From positions 36,895 through 100,894 of the forward strand of contig DASXQR010000060.1 of NCBI GenBank assembly GCA_036507075.1: a stretch of 64,000 nucleotides of DNA, in the 5' to 3' direction. A program made the translations under genes and the position numbers. Below are positions 22,102-32,287 of this stretch, piece by piece. Source of the stretch: Acidobacteriota bacterium (lineage in GTDB: Bacteria > Acidobacteriota > UBA6911 > JACQSX01). Numbering within the stretch: position 1 is the first letter of the stretch; each line of letters starts with the position of its first letter. The notes below the pieces were generated by a model. That model saw nothing but the letters and a program-made list of their open reading frames with translations. It was not told the DNA's origin and ran no database searches.

Positions 22102-22455
22102 GACTTCACCACAGAGGCGCAGCCCGGCCGTAGGCCGCAACGACAGACCTCAACGATAGACGTCAACAACCACCTCCACGCTAACGAAGAAAAACTCGCA
22201 AGCTTACCAGCAGCACGGTTAGGGATGCCAGGAGGCAACTCCTCGAACGCATCCTGTCGAAGTTGACCAAAATGATTAAGCTCTAAATCCCTCAAGCAGC
22301 TTGGACGTGTTCCGTGGACATTGACGTGCACGTGGCCGTAGACGGATAAACGTCGACGTTGACGCGGTCGGTTTTGTCTTCTGAAATCTTGTCACAACGG
22401 ACCACTGACAACGGACAATCCCGTGCCCCTTTGTGTCCTTTGCGTCTTTGTGGTT
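22102..22455 (+). mobile_element. Second copy of composite element with four-helix-bundle-like gene relic
   Basis: ~175 bp (22217-22394) nearly identical to reverse complement of ~9695-9875; shared outer flanks; reciprocal internal deletions. Confidence 0.78.
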
Positions 22456-22466
22456 TGATACCCGGT

Positions 22467-24671
22467 ATGTCTAAGAACCTCCCGCTCTCCAGGCGCGAGT
22501 TTGCCGCTGCCCTTCTCGCCGGCGGCGCTGTTGCAGCCCGAACTTACGCTTTCCCTCAGTCTGCGGTAAGCCCCGCTGCCGGCCCGGGATGGTTTGACCG
22601 CCCCATGCGGTGGGCTCAACTGACGTTGGTGGAAAACGATCCCGGGAGCTACGATCCGCAGTTCTGGCTTAACTATTTCAAGCGCACGCACTCGGATGCC
22701 GCCTGCTTGAGTGCCGGCGGCGTGGTGGCTTATTACCCGACGCAGATCGCTCTCCATCACCGCAGCGCCTGGATGCGTGATAGCGATCCGTTCGGAGAGC
22801 TGCTTGCCGGCTGCCGCAGGATGGGAATGAACGTGATCGCCCGCACGGATCCGCATGCCACACACCAGCAAACCTATGAGGCGCATCCCGACTGGATCGC
22901 AGTAGACGCGGAAGGCCGAAGGCGGCGCCACTGGGCATCTCCCGAGCTTTGGGTTACATGCGCATTGGGGCCTTATAACTTTGAGTTCATGACCGCGGTG
23001 CATCGGGAGATTATGACGCTGTATCGAGTCGATGGAATCTTTTCCAACCGCTGGGCGGGCTCGGGAATGTGCTACTGCGAACATTGCCGGAAGAACTTCG
23101 CCGAAGCGACCGGCATGAAGCTTCCCCGCACCGCCGATCCGCAGGACCCGGAGCGCCGCCAATACATTCTCTGGCGGCAGCAGAGACTATTTCAGTTATG
23201 GGACCTCTGGGATTCCGAAATACGCAAAGTCAATCCCAACGCGCGATTCATTGCCAATTCGGGCGGCGGCGCCCTGAGCGACCTCGACATGAAAGAAATC
23301 GGACAGCGCGCCAGTATTTTGTTTGCCGACCGGCAGGCCCGGCGCGGCCTGGCAGTCCCCTGGGCCAACGGCAAGAACGCAAAGGAGTATCGCTCGACAC
23401 TGGGACGTAAACCGGTGGGCGGCATCTTCAGCGTCGGGGTGGAAGAGCCCTATCGATGGAAGGACTCGGTGCAGAGCGAAGCGGAAATCCGCATCTGGGT
23501 GGCCGACGGCATCGCGCACGGCATGCGTCCCTGGTTCACTAAGTTCTCGGGGACGCTTTACGACCGGCGATGGCTCAACATCGTCGAACACATTTATGAC
23601 CGGCATTATCGCGCCCAGCGCTACCTGCGAAATGAGACCCCGCTGGCTCGTGTAGGCCTGGTCTACTCACAGCAGACAGCCTGGTTCTACGGCGGGCCGC
23701 GAGCGCAACAGAAAGTGGAGGATCATTCCCTGGGTATGTATCAGGCTCTGGTTGAGGCACGCATTCCATTCGAAATGGTGCATGACCATCTGCTGGATCC
23801 CGAGCACACAGGCTCTTTCAAACTGCTGATCTTGCCGAACGTGGCCGCACTTTCGGATCTCCAGTGCGAGCAGCTTCGAGCTTTCGCCGGAAATGGAGGC
23901 AGTATTCTGGCAACTTTCGAAACATCGCTCTATGACCAGTGGGGAGTGCGGCGCAAGGATTTCGGCCTGGCTGATCTTTTCGGCGTCACCTACCAGGGGC
24001 GGCTGGACGGACCGATGCAGAACTCCTATCTGAGCGTCCGGAAAGATCCCGTTACTGGAAAGTACCATCCGGTGCTGCGAGAGCTGGAAGACACCCCGCG
24101 GATCATCAACGGTGTCTGGCGTGTTGTCGTGGAAGGGACAGGAAAATTTCCCAGCCCTCCGCTGACCCTGATTCCCACATACCCGGACCTCCCGATGGAG
24201 ATGGTTTATCCTCGCGTCAAGGACTCAGACAAGCCCGAGCTGTATCTGCGTGAAAATGGAAAGAGCCGGATTGCGTATTTCCCATGGGATGCTGATCGAA
24301 CATTCTGGGAAGTGCTGTCGGTGGATCACGGAAAACTGCTGCGCAATGTAATTGACTGGTCCACGAATGAAGAACGACCGGTAAGCGTGACGGGTCCGGG
24401 AGTAATCGACGTCGCCTTCTGGAAACAGAAGGATTCAATGACCGTGCACCTGGTGAATCTTACAAACCCGATGATGATGAAGGGCCCGTTTCGTGAATTG
24501 ATTCCGGTGGGCGAACAAAAGGTTCGACTGAAGCTGCCATTGGGCACCAGACCACGGAGAGTACAGCTTCTCTCAGGGGCCAGCATTCCATCGGTTACCG
24601 AGTCGAACGGTTATATAAATATCACTGTGCCCTCGGTGCTCGATCACGAGATCGTTGCGATTGACATATAA
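22467..24671 (+). CDS. Tat-exported putative glycoside hydrolase (GHL6-like TIM barrel plus beta-galactosidase trimerisation-like domain)
   Basis: Tat signal SRREF; RWAQL..END, GGVVAYYPT, ARTDPH, VDGIFSN, CYCEHC; LLILPNVAALSD. Confidence 0.82.
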   Translation: MSKNLPLSRREFAAALLAGGAVAARTYAFPQSAVSPAAGPGWFDRPMRWAQLTLVENDPGSYDPQFWLNYFKRTHSDAACLSAGGVVAYYPTQIALHHRSAWMRDSDPFGELLAGCRRMGMNVIARTDPHATHQQTYEAHPDWIAVDAEGRRRRHWASPELWVTCALGPYNFEFMTAVHREIMTLYRVDGIFSNRWAGSGMCYCEHCRKNFAEATGMKLPRTADPQDPERRQYILWRQQRLFQLWDLWDSEIRKVNPNARFIANSGGGALSDLDMKEIGQRASILFADRQARRGLAVPWANGKNAKEYRSTLGRKPVGGIFSVGVEEPYRWKDSVQSEAEIRIWVADGIAHGMRPWFTKFSGTLYDRRWLNIVEHIYDRHYRAQRYLRNETPLARVGLVYSQQTAWFYGGPRAQQKVEDHSLGMYQALVEARIPFEMVHDHLLDPEHTGSFKLLILPNVAALSDLQCEQLRAFAGNGGSILATFETSLYDQWGVRRKDFGLADLFGVTYQGRLDGPMQNSYLSVRKDPVTGKYHPVLRELEDTPRIINGVWRVVVEGTGKFPSPPLTLIPTYPDLPMEMVYPRVKDSDKPELYLRENGKSRIAYFPWDADRTFWEVLSVDHGKLLRNVIDWSTNEERPVSVTGPGVIDVAFWKQKDSMTVHLVNLTNPMMMKGPFRELIPVGEQKVRLKLPLGTRPRRVQLLSGASIPSVTESNGYINITVPSVLDHEIVAIDI

Positions 24672-24710
24672 GGGCAGCGAAGTGAAACCGCGAAGGCGCG
24701 AAAGCGCGAA

Positions 24711-25637
24711 ATGAATGAGATGAACATCGATCTTTCTCAATACCATCATCCGGTGGGCAACAACTTCAAGCTTCCTTCGACGCCCGAAGAATGGAACCGC
24801 TGCCTTCTGAGCCAGGATCAGATCAATTTTTATCGGGATAACGGATATCTCGCCGGGATTCGAATTCTGACCGACAAGCAGGTGGAAACATTGCGCGCAG
24901 AACTCGCTTCGCTGGTCGACGGCTCCCATCCCAACCGGCATCTTTTCTACGAATACCATTCCAACGAATCGACCGATCCTTCCAGGGTGCTCTTTCACGC
25001 GCTGGGCGCGTGGCGCATTACCCCCGGCTTTCATGACATATTGTGGAGTCCCGCCTTCACCGTCGCAGCGTCTCAGTTGCTGGACGGACCCGTCCGCTTC
25101 TGGCATGATCAACTTTTCTGCAAACCGGCGCGCCACGGCGGTGTCGTCTCCTGGCACCAGGACTATTCTTACTGGACGCGGACACAACCGCTGGCGCATC
25201 TGACCTGCTGGATCGGGCTGGACGACGCCACAGTTGAAAACGGCTGCCTGCAATATATTCCCGGCAGCCATCACTGGGACCTGCTGCCCATCACCGGCCT
25301 GGCGGGGGAAATGGACGCCATTAGAAAAGTGCTCACAGAAGAGCAAGTAGCCGCCTTCAAGCCGGTTGCAATCGAGCTCAAGAAGGGTGAGTGCGCCTTC
25401 CATCATCCGCGCATGATCCACGGCTCTTCAGAGAATCGAACAGAACGGCCGCGCCGGGCGACGGTGATCAACGTCTTTCGCGACGGTGTCCGGTCAGCGT
25501 CAAATGATCCGTTATTAGAAGGGGTGCCGGCAATCCCCAGCGGCGAAAAGATGGGCGGTCAATTCTTTCCGCTGCTGTTTGACCCGGAGGAGGTATTTGG
25601 GAGGGATGGGGAATCACCGGGACCTAAAACCAAATAA
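24711..25637 (+). CDS. PhyH-family Fe(II)/2-oxoglutarate dioxygenase
   Basis: [33 protein letters not shown]...RR. Confidence 0.9.
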   Translation: MNEMNIDLSQYHHPVGNNFKLPSTPEEWNRCLLSQDQINFYRDNGYLAGIRILTDKQVETLRAELASLVDGSHPNRHLFYEYHSNESTDPSRVLFHALGAWRITPGFHDILWSPAFTVAASQLLDGPVRFWHDQLFCKPARHGGVVSWHQDYSYWTRTQPLAHLTCWIGLDDATVENGCLQYIPGSHHWDLLPITGLAGEMDAIRKVLTEEQVAAFKPVAIELKKGECAFHHPRMIHGSSENRTERPRRATVINVFRDGVRSASNDPLLEGVPAIPSGEKMGGQFFPLLFDPEEVFGRDGESPGPKTK

Positions 25638-25642
25638 AAAGC

Positions 25643-25921
25643 CGTCTACGTTCACGTGCACCACCACGTCAATGATCACGCTCCACGTCCACGGTGACGA
25701 AAGACGTTCACAGCGACGCGTAGACGTTTTCCGTTGATTTAGTCGTCACGACTGTCCAAATCGGCTTCAGGATTACAAGAAAAAGGGCGTGTTGCCCAAA
25801 TCGGAACAGGATGGAGACGGCCACATTCTGTTCACCGCAGAGGCGCCGAGAACGCCAAGTTTCGCTGAGGTTGTGATGCAACTCTGCGGAAACTCGGCGT
25901 TCTTTGCGGCTCTGCGGTGAA
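25643..25921. repeat. ACGT(C/T)-hexamer inverted arrays followed by a CCGCAGAGG 9-mer inverted repeat
   Basis: CGTCTACGTTCACGTGCAC... / GACGCGTAGACG; TTCACCGCAGAG...CTCTGCGGTGAA. Confidence 0.75.
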
Positions 25922-25959
25922 TGCAACGTGTCCGTGCGCAACGCAAGCCGAATGATCCT

Positions 25960-27372
25960 ATGAAAAAAATCTGCACTTTCTTTCTTCTCGTCTTTTTCTT
26001 TTTATTAAGCTCCCAGGCAAATCAGGCTCCGGCGCCCGAGCGTTTTAACATTATTTCGATCGTGACGGATGACCAGGCACGCTGGTCTCTCGGCTGCTAT
26101 GGAAACAGGGAAAGCCGCACTCCCAATATGGATCGCCTGGCCGCTGAAGGAGCGCGCTTCCTGAACGCCTTCGTGGCCACGCCGGTTTGTTCTCCCAGCC
26201 GTCTTGCATTCCTGACCGGGCTCTACGGCACCGAAGTTGGAATTACCGACTACCTTAACCCGGTCGAAGAGCAGGCCGGCCTTGGTATTCCGGCAAATGC
26301 CACCACCTGGCCTCAGGTTCTCCAGAAACACGGTTACCGGACTGCACTTGTTGGAAAGTGGCATCTGGGGAGCCAACCCCGGTTTCATCCTACTCAGCAC
26401 GGCTTCGATCACTTTTTTGGCTTTCTGGGTGGCAGCAGTCGTCCGATGGATCCCACGCTCGAAACCGATGGCAGGCAACAGCAATTCAGGGGATCCCTTC
26501 CAGACCTGTTGACGGACGACGCGCTGCGTTTTGTTGCCGACAACCGTGAGCGCGCCTTTGCTTTGCTGATTCACTTCCGCGAGCCTCATCTGCCTTATGG
26601 ACCGGTGCCGGAGGAAGATTCCGCGCCTTTCTCGCAACTCGACCCGACTGTTCCCCAGGCCGCCGGTGCAGATGTGTCGCAGGTGAAGAAGTGGACGCGT
26701 GATTATTACGCCAGCATTCATTCCGTGGACCGCAACATCGGACGCCTGTTGAAACATTTGGATGAACTCAATCTTTCCCGGAAAACAATCCTTCTATTCA
26801 CCAGCGATCACGGATACATGATCGGTCATCACGGCCTGCACACGAAGGGCAACGCCTGGTGGGCAGCCGGCGGCGTGCAGGGCCCGAAGCGGCCCAACAT
26901 GTTCGACGACTCTTTGCGCGTTCCGTTGATCGTTCGATGGCCCGATGTGGTAAAACCGGGCAGCCAGATTCAGGAGCAGGTGGTGAACCTGGACACCTTC
27001 GCTTCGGTGCTTGGAATGTTGGGTATCCCCCTACCCAACGGGACACGCCAGCATGGGCTCGATTTTTCCACCATACTGCGCAGCCCGGTGGTGGCTCACT
27101 GGCGCGACACATTGTTTGGCCAGTATGACCTGCACAATGACGGACTTGCGTTTATGAGAATGATCCGGACCAGCCAGTGGAAGCTGGTCCGACATCACTT
27201 CGCAAACAGCCTGGATGAACTCTACAACCTGGAAGCCGATCCCGGAGAGACCAAGAACCTGTATCGGGACGAAAATTACCAAAAAGTCCGCGACTCCCTC
27301 CAGACACGACTCAGCGACTGGCAAAAATCGATCCACGATCCGCTGCTGCAATTCAAGGGAAGGCCGTACTAA
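25960..27372 (+). CDS. Secreted Cys-type sulfatase
   Basis: Signal peptide; TDDQ, CSPSR..FLTG, GKWHLG, TSDHG, ELYNL..DPGE. Confidence 0.94.
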   Translation: MKKICTFFLLVFFFLLSSQANQAPAPERFNIISIVTDDQARWSLGCYGNRESRTPNMDRLAAEGARFLNAFVATPVCSPSRLAFLTGLYGTEVGITDYLNPVEEQAGLGIPANATTWPQVLQKHGYRTALVGKWHLGSQPRFHPTQHGFDHFFGFLGGSSRPMDPTLETDGRQQQFRGSLPDLLTDDALRFVADNRERAFALLIHFREPHLPYGPVPEEDSAPFSQLDPTVPQAAGADVSQVKKWTRDYYASIHSVDRNIGRLLKHLDELNLSRKTILLFTSDHGYMIGHHGLHTKGNAWWAAGGVQGPKRPNMFDDSLRVPLIVRWPDVVKPGSQIQEQVVNLDTFASVLGMLGIPLPNGTRQHGLDFSTILRSPVVAHWRDTLFGQYDLHNDGLAFMRMIRTSQWKLVRHHFANSLDELYNLEADPGETKNLYRDENYQKVRDSLQTRLSDWQKSIHDPLLQFKGRPY

Positions 27373-27447
27373 ATTGGAAGATTAAAGAACGCCACTCTCT
27401 AATGCGGATTTCGCATTAGAGATATTCCGCATTCCGAAATCCGCATT

Positions 27448-28710
27448 CTAAATTAACGTGCCTTCCTTAATGATGGTGTCTTTGGCGATCACGACAATGC
27501 CGTCGCGGATGTAATAATTCGGCCCGTCGAAATCTGGCGATCGGCTGTGGTCCCGGATCTTTACACCCGCACCGATCCTGACATTCTTATCGATAATCGC
27601 ATTTTGAATGTCGCAGCCCTTGCCTATCCCCAGCCTCACGGAATGGGCCTTGGGGGTCTTGTCAAAAAAGTCCGCTCCCATCATCAGTGTGCGTCTCAAC
27701 GAGGTTTCCTCACCGATGACACTGCGCACGCCGATCACGCTCTGGTGGATCGTCGCGCCTTGTATCATCGATCCGTCTGAAATAATGGATTGAAAAACAT
27801 TGCACCGGTGCACCTTTGAGGCGGGAAGAAAGCGGGGATGCGTGTAGATGGGATTGTTGGAATCAAAAAGGTTAAAGCGGGGACGGTCCGAGGTCAAATC
27901 CAGATTGGCCTGAAAAAATGCCCTGATCGTTCCGATATCTTCCCAGTAATCGTTGAAGAGAAATGCGAAGACTTTCCGATCCTGAATCGCGCGAGGAATA
28001 ACGTCATGGCCGAAGTCGACAAGTTTTTGACTCCGCAGTGATTCCACCAGCGCCGACGTGTTAAACAGGTATATTCCCATCGAAGCGAGCACCTCTTTGC
28101 CGCGACCCGTGATGCCGGAATCTTCCAGCAAAGCAGAAGGCGAAGCCATTTCTTCGATCAGCGACTTTTCCTTCGGCTTTTCGTGGAACTGCTGCACGCG
28201 GCCTTTTGAATTCGCCTTCAAAATGCCAAAGGATGAAGCCCGGCTGGGCTGCACCGGCAGCGCTGCCACCGTGAGGTCGGCGCCGCTCTCCACATGCTGC
28301 GAGTGCATCAATCTGTAGTCCATCCGGTAGAGCTGGTCTCCCGAAAGGATAAGAACGTGGGTCGGCTCCCGGCTGAGAATATGATGCAGGTTCTGTCGCA
28401 CAGCATCGGCGGTGCCCTGAAACCAATCAGGCCTCTCCATGGTCTGCTCAGCGGCCAGAATGTCGACGAAGCCGCGCGAAAAGAGGCTGAAATGGTACGA
28501 ATTGCTGACGTGCCGGTTCAACGATGCAGAATTGAACTGCGTCAGGACGAAAATTCGGTAGATGTCAGAATTAAGACAATTGCTCACCGGAATATCAATG
28601 ATCCGATATTTTCCGGCGATAGGAACTGCCGGCTTGGATCGCACCTTGGTCAGGGGAAACAGTCGCGTGCCCGTCCCTCCTCCAAGAATCACCGCCAGCA
28701 CATCGATCAT
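27448..28710 (-). CDS. glgC: Glucose-1-phosphate adenylyltransferase
   Basis: GGGTGTRLFPLT..RSKPAVP, WFQGTADAVR, SGDQLYRMDY, YWEDIGT. Confidence 0.97.
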   Translation of the reverse strand: MIDVLAVILGGGTGTRLFPLTKVRSKPAVPIAGKYRIIDIPVSNCLNSDIYRIFVLTQFNSASLNRHVSNSYHFSLFSRGFVDILAAEQTMERPDWFQGTADAVRQNLHHILSREPTHVLILSGDQLYRMDYRLMHSQHVESGADLTVAALPVQPSRASSFGILKANSKGRVQQFHEKPKEKSLIEEMASPSALLEDSGITGRGKEVLASMGIYLFNTSALVESLRSQKLVDFGHDVIPRAIQDRKVFAFLFNDYWEDIGTIRAFFQANLDLTSDRPRFNLFDSNNPIYTHPRFLPASKVHRCNVFQSIISDGSMIQGATIHQSVIGVRSVIGEETSLRRTLMMGADFFDKTPKAHSVRLGIGKGCDIQNAIIDKNVRIGAGVKIRDHSRSPDFDGPNYYIRDGIVVIAKDTIIKEGTLI

Positions 28711-28840
28711 TTTGGGCCCCCGAAACTGTGAGAGCGTGTTTTTACCACATTCCCGGGTAATCTAAATCCGAATTCAGAATGCCGGTCTGGGAGCCCCCTG
28801 TGGTGAATTCTTTCTCACGTTCCAAGATGTATAATCGGGT

Positions 28841-29764
28841 GTGGCTCTTTCTTCGCATGCGATAAAAAAACGCGCCCTTGAGCTCGGCTTCAGCGCCGCC
28901 GGCGTCGTCCCGGCGGAAAAACTCTCTTTGGAATCAGAACGACTGCGACGCTGGCTTAACCGGGGCTTTGCAGGAACAATGGGCTGGATCGCGCACTCGT
29001 TCGAGAAGAGAGTCGACCCGTTTGTCCACATGCCCGACGTGCGCAGCATTGTGTGCGTCGCCCTGAATTACTACACCGATCATGCGATGTCGGATTCGCC
29101 AGGCAGGGGAAAGGTGTCGCGCTATGCCTGGGGCGATGATTACCATGACATCGTAGGCGAGCGCCTGCGAACCCTGTTGAGCTGGATTCAGCAAGAGGAA
29201 CCTTCCAGTCACGGGAAAATTGCCATCGATACCAGCCCCGTGATGGATAAAGCGTGGGCTGCCAAAGCCGGTCTGGGATGGATCGGCAAACACTCCAACC
29301 TGATTCACACGACTTTCGGATCATGGGTCTTTCTGGGAGAGCTGCTGTTGAATCTGGAACTGGATTATGACGAGCAGCCAATCGCCGATCAGTGCGGTAC
29401 CTGTACCGCCTGTCTTGACGCGTGCCCCACCGGCGCCATCGTCGAGCCGTATGTGGTCGATTCGAACCACTGCATCTCCTACCAGACGATTGAATCCCGA
29501 GCCGGGACGCTCGCTGTCGACACGGAAGGGTGGATCTACGGATGTGATATTTGTCAGGATGTCTGTCCCTGGAATCACGCTCCCAAGCTAAGCACGGAAG
29601 GACGCTTTCAGCCGCGCCCCGAATTCCTCAACCCCGCGTTGGACCAAGCCGCAGACATCACCAGCGAAGAATTTCAAAAGCTGACGAAAAAGAGCGCCAT
29701 CCGCCGCACGCGATATTCAGGGTGGATCCGCAACGCGAGCCATACTGCCAAGTCCAAGGCGTGA
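28841..29764 (+). CDS. queG: Epoxyqueuosine reductase
   Basis: SRYAWGDDYH, CGTCTACLDACPTGA, CISYQTIE, GCDICQDVCPWN. Confidence 0.95.
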   Translation: MALSSHAIKKRALELGFSAAGVVPAEKLSLESERLRRWLNRGFAGTMGWIAHSFEKRVDPFVHMPDVRSIVCVALNYYTDHAMSDSPGRGKVSRYAWGDDYHDIVGERLRTLLSWIQQEEPSSHGKIAIDTSPVMDKAWAAKAGLGWIGKHSNLIHTTFGSWVFLGELLLNLELDYDEQPIADQCGTCTACLDACPTGAIVEPYVVDSNHCISYQTIESRAGTLAVDTEGWIYGCDICQDVCPWNHAPKLSTEGRFQPRPEFLNPALDQAADITSEEFQKLTKKSAIRRTRYSGWIRNASHTAKSKA

Positions 29765-29781
29765 ACATTTTTCGGACATTT

Positions 29782-29809
29782 GTAGCGACGCGGCATGCCG
29801 CGTCACTAC
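29782..29809. repeat. GTAG-type REP palindrome
   Basis: GTAGCGACGCGGCATGCCGCGTCACTAC. Confidence 0.8.
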
Positions 29810-29838
29810 CTGTGAAAATTTTCCCCGAGGTGGAATAA

Positions 29839-29861
29839 TTTTCCACAAATTTTGTGGAAAA
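29839..29861. promoter_or_regulatory. Inverted pair of DnaA-box-like 9-mers
   Basis: TTTTCCACA-AATTT-TGTGGAAAA; both fit TTWTNCACA. Confidence 0.5.
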
Positions 29862-29971
29862 GGTTTTACCTTTCCCGATTTCTTTCGCGCTAACCAAAAC
29901 GAGCACAATAACTTTTAGCAAAATGCTGAAAGTATGTGCAGCCCTCTCCGTTGTGGGATAACCTTCGGACA

Positions 29972-30439
29972 ATGGAAGCGAAAACTCCTTCCGGATCTCG
30001 CGTAGAAATGGTGGAGGTTGTTCTACCTAATGACGCCAATCCGCTGGGAAATATCCTCGGCGGCAAGGTAATGCACCTGATTGACATCGCCGGAGCTATC
30101 GCCGCTCACCGGCACAGCCGAAGCATGGTGGTAACGGTGGCAATGGATCAGCTGGAATTTCACTCTCCTATTAAGGTAGGACAATTGATAATCCTTCACG
30201 CGCAGGTTACCTGCGCCTTCCGCACGTCGGTGGAGGTAGAGGTCAAGGTTTTTTCCGAAGACATCCTCACGGGTACCCGACGGCCCACCAGCACCGCTTT
30301 CATCACTTTTGTCGCCATAGACGAAGCCGGGCGACCAAAGACAGTCCCGCCTCTGATTGCTGAGACAGAAGAAGAAAGAAAGAAGGTGGAGCAGGCCCAA
30401 CAAAGGCGCAACCGTCGCCTGGCCCGGGCATCTGACTAA
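29972..30439 (+). CDS. Hotdog-fold acyl-CoA thioesterase (YciA-like)
   Basis: VLPNDANPLGNILGG..MHLID, VVTV, FVAIDEAGRP..VP. Confidence 0.93.
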   Translation: MEAKTPSGSRVEMVEVVLPNDANPLGNILGGKVMHLIDIAGAIAAHRHSRSMVVTVAMDQLEFHSPIKVGQLIILHAQVTCAFRTSVEVEVKVFSEDILTGTRRPTSTAFITFVAIDEAGRPKTVPPLIAETEEERKKVEQAQQRRNRRLARASD

Positions 30440-30707
30440 GCAGCCTATGGCCGCGGCCCAGTTTGCCACGAAGCCACGAAGTTCAATGATTTAAATTAGA
30501 AGTGCCACTTCTGTGAGACTACGATTGAGTCCTGAGAAGTATCACTTCAAAGCGAAACAACACTCCTTCGTGTCTTCGTGTCTTCGTGTCAAGCCGCGAA
30601 AGCAAAAAGGCAGACGAGGAGCGTCTTTGTGGCAAAAAATTCAGGCACGGAGTAAGCAAAAGGCGCTGGACTATCGAAATCCGGGCGGGAAAAGTGATTT
30701 AGTGCAC

Positions 30708-30766
30708 CATTTGCCTGAGGCAAATGTGACGTAAACCCTTGAACTTCTGTGTGGGCTAAATATAAT
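30708..30766 (+). promoter_or_regulatory. Sigma70-type promoter with upstream palindromic operator candidate
   Basis: CATTTGCC-TGA-GGCAAATG (30708-30726); TTGAAC-16 nt-TATAAT (30739-30766). Confidence 0.55.
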
Positions 30767-30873
30767 CAAGCCAACGATGATCGGTCTGCTTGTTCAAATC
30801 GATCAGGATTCACCAGCCAGCGCCGCTCTTTCTTTCTCCAGTCCCTACTTCCAGATAACCCGCGGAGGACTTA

Positions 30874-31395
30874 ATGAACGCAGTGCCTGAAAACCATCCG
30901 GTTTCCCGGATGTTTCGAGTGCTTACGGAGCGTGCGATGCATCAGGCGCAACTGGAGGATAATCAAGTAGTTATGTACGTTTCCCGGTTGCTGCTGCACT
31001 TTCTGTACACGGAGAACCTATATCCGTTTGCAGATTCCTCACGAGCGAAAACCTGCTACGTGACCGACTTGATTCAGATGGCCGAACAATCGGATTTGCG
31101 TAAAAAACAGAAGATCTACCAGCATGTGGGAGACTATGCCCTGTTTATGCTGGGTGTTTACCCGGAAAGCCTGGAGCGTCCCAGACGCTGCATCGACCCG
31201 ACTTTTTATGCCAGCCAGGGTCGACGTTCCTATATTGCCGCTTCCGAGCTTCTTTTGAACGCGGAAGCCACCCAGTTGTGTCGAAAAATGGCCCACCAGT
31301 TCGAAAGATGCGTCCTGGGCCTGAACTGGTTCAAGGAATACACCAGTGATCCGTTTTACCAATCCATGTTCCGGGAATTCGGCGTCGGGTCGTGA
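30874..31395 (+). CDS. Hypothetical helical protein
   Basis: GGAGGA RBS; motif-like YVSRLL...HVGDYALFMLGVYPESL...GRRSY. Confidence 0.8.
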   Translation: MNAVPENHPVSRMFRVLTERAMHQAQLEDNQVVMYVSRLLLHFLYTENLYPFADSSRAKTCYVTDLIQMAEQSDLRKKQKIYQHVGDYALFMLGVYPESLERPRRCIDPTFYASQGRRSYIAASELLLNAEATQLCRKMAHQFERCVLGLNWFKEYTSDPFYQSMFREFGVGS

Positions 31396-31398
31396 AAT

Positions 31399-31597
31399 GC
31401 CGGAAGGCGGAAAGCAGAAGGCAGAAGGCAGAAGGCGGAAAGCGGAAGGCGGAAGGCGGAAAGCGAAGGCAGCAGGAAGGCGGGCTGGCAAAATCAAGAT
31501 TTTATTGACTTGGAGCAAAACTGTCTGCCTTGGCAATCATTCCTTTCCGCCTTCCGCTTTCCGCTTTCCGCCTTCCACTGATTTGACGCCTTCCGCC
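31399..31597. repeat. Inverted heptamer arrays (GGC[A/G]GAA / TTCCGCC family)
   Basis: GGCAGAA/GGCGGAA run 31399-31482; TTCCGC(C/T) run 31541-31597. Confidence 0.85.
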
Positions 31598-31617
31598 AGC
31601 CGGTATATAAGGGACAA

Positions 31618-32106
31618 ATGGCGTTTGAACAACTGCTGATCATTTTCCTCGCCATTGTGGCGCTTTCTTGTGCGATTCAGGCGATCGCCATCCTGATGAT
31701 TGCTTCCAAGGCAACGCGGGCGCTGGACTCGACAGTTTCATCGGTGGAAAAACTCACGCCCAGGCTGGAGCAGACCCTGAAGCTTATTTCCGACAATGCG
31801 AACTCTATCAAGGGCCCGCTCACTCGAGGCATCGAGAACGTGGAAAAAATATCGCAAGATTTCAACACTATCGTTGAGCAGGTGCGAAAAACGGGCCAGA
31901 CCATTGATGACACGGTTGAATTGAGTCGTGAGAAAATCCAGGTCTGGAACAAGAGCGTTACCGGGGCGTTGGATCAGCTTCAGTCAACAACGGTCGCTGT
32001 TCAGAAAGCTGTGCTGCGGCCTTCCGCGGAAATCGCCGCAGTGGTCAAAGGTGTCCGAGGCGGCCTGCAACAGCTCGTAAAGCTGAAGCAGACCGGAAGG
32101 CACTAG
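31618..32106 (+). CDS. Membrane-anchored coiled-coil protein (DUF948-like)
   Basis: N-terminal TM helix, amphipathic repeats, C-terminal P..EIAAVVKGVRGG. Confidence 0.75.
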   Translation: MAFEQLLIIFLAIVALSCAIQAIAILMIASKATRALDSTVSSVEKLTPRLEQTLKLISDNANSIKGPLTRGIENVEKISQDFNTIVEQVRKTGQTIDDTVELSREKIQVWNKSVTGALDQLQSTTVAVQKAVLRPSAEIAAVVKGVRGGLQQLVKLKQTGRH

Positions 32107-32169
32107 CCTGGATTATTCACAAAACTTAACCGCGTTCTTGGCGGTTAAGTTTTTTGTGAATAATCCAGG
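32107..32169. mobile_element. 63-bp MITE, same TIR family as 10787-10985, target duplication CTAG
   Basis: CTAG|CCTGGATTATTCACAAAA...TTTTGTGAATAATCCAGG|CTAG. Confidence 0.85.
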
Positions 32170-32287
32170 CTAGTACTCAATTCCGACCGGAAATTCTTTT
32201 ACACGCTCGCCTGCTTTTTATAGAATCGCCTGTTCTCGAACGGTTTTCGCTGATTTTCGGCGCATCTGATACTGGGAGGAGAATTCG

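Noticed and set aside
21918..22466. ORF-track N-terminal extensions of b' (to 22331) and the glycosidase (from 22359); likewise 36588, 37923, 39937, 46754, 60036
   Set aside because: Extensions are translations of repeats or overlap neighbouring genes; downstream starts give proper signal peptides or family N-termini.
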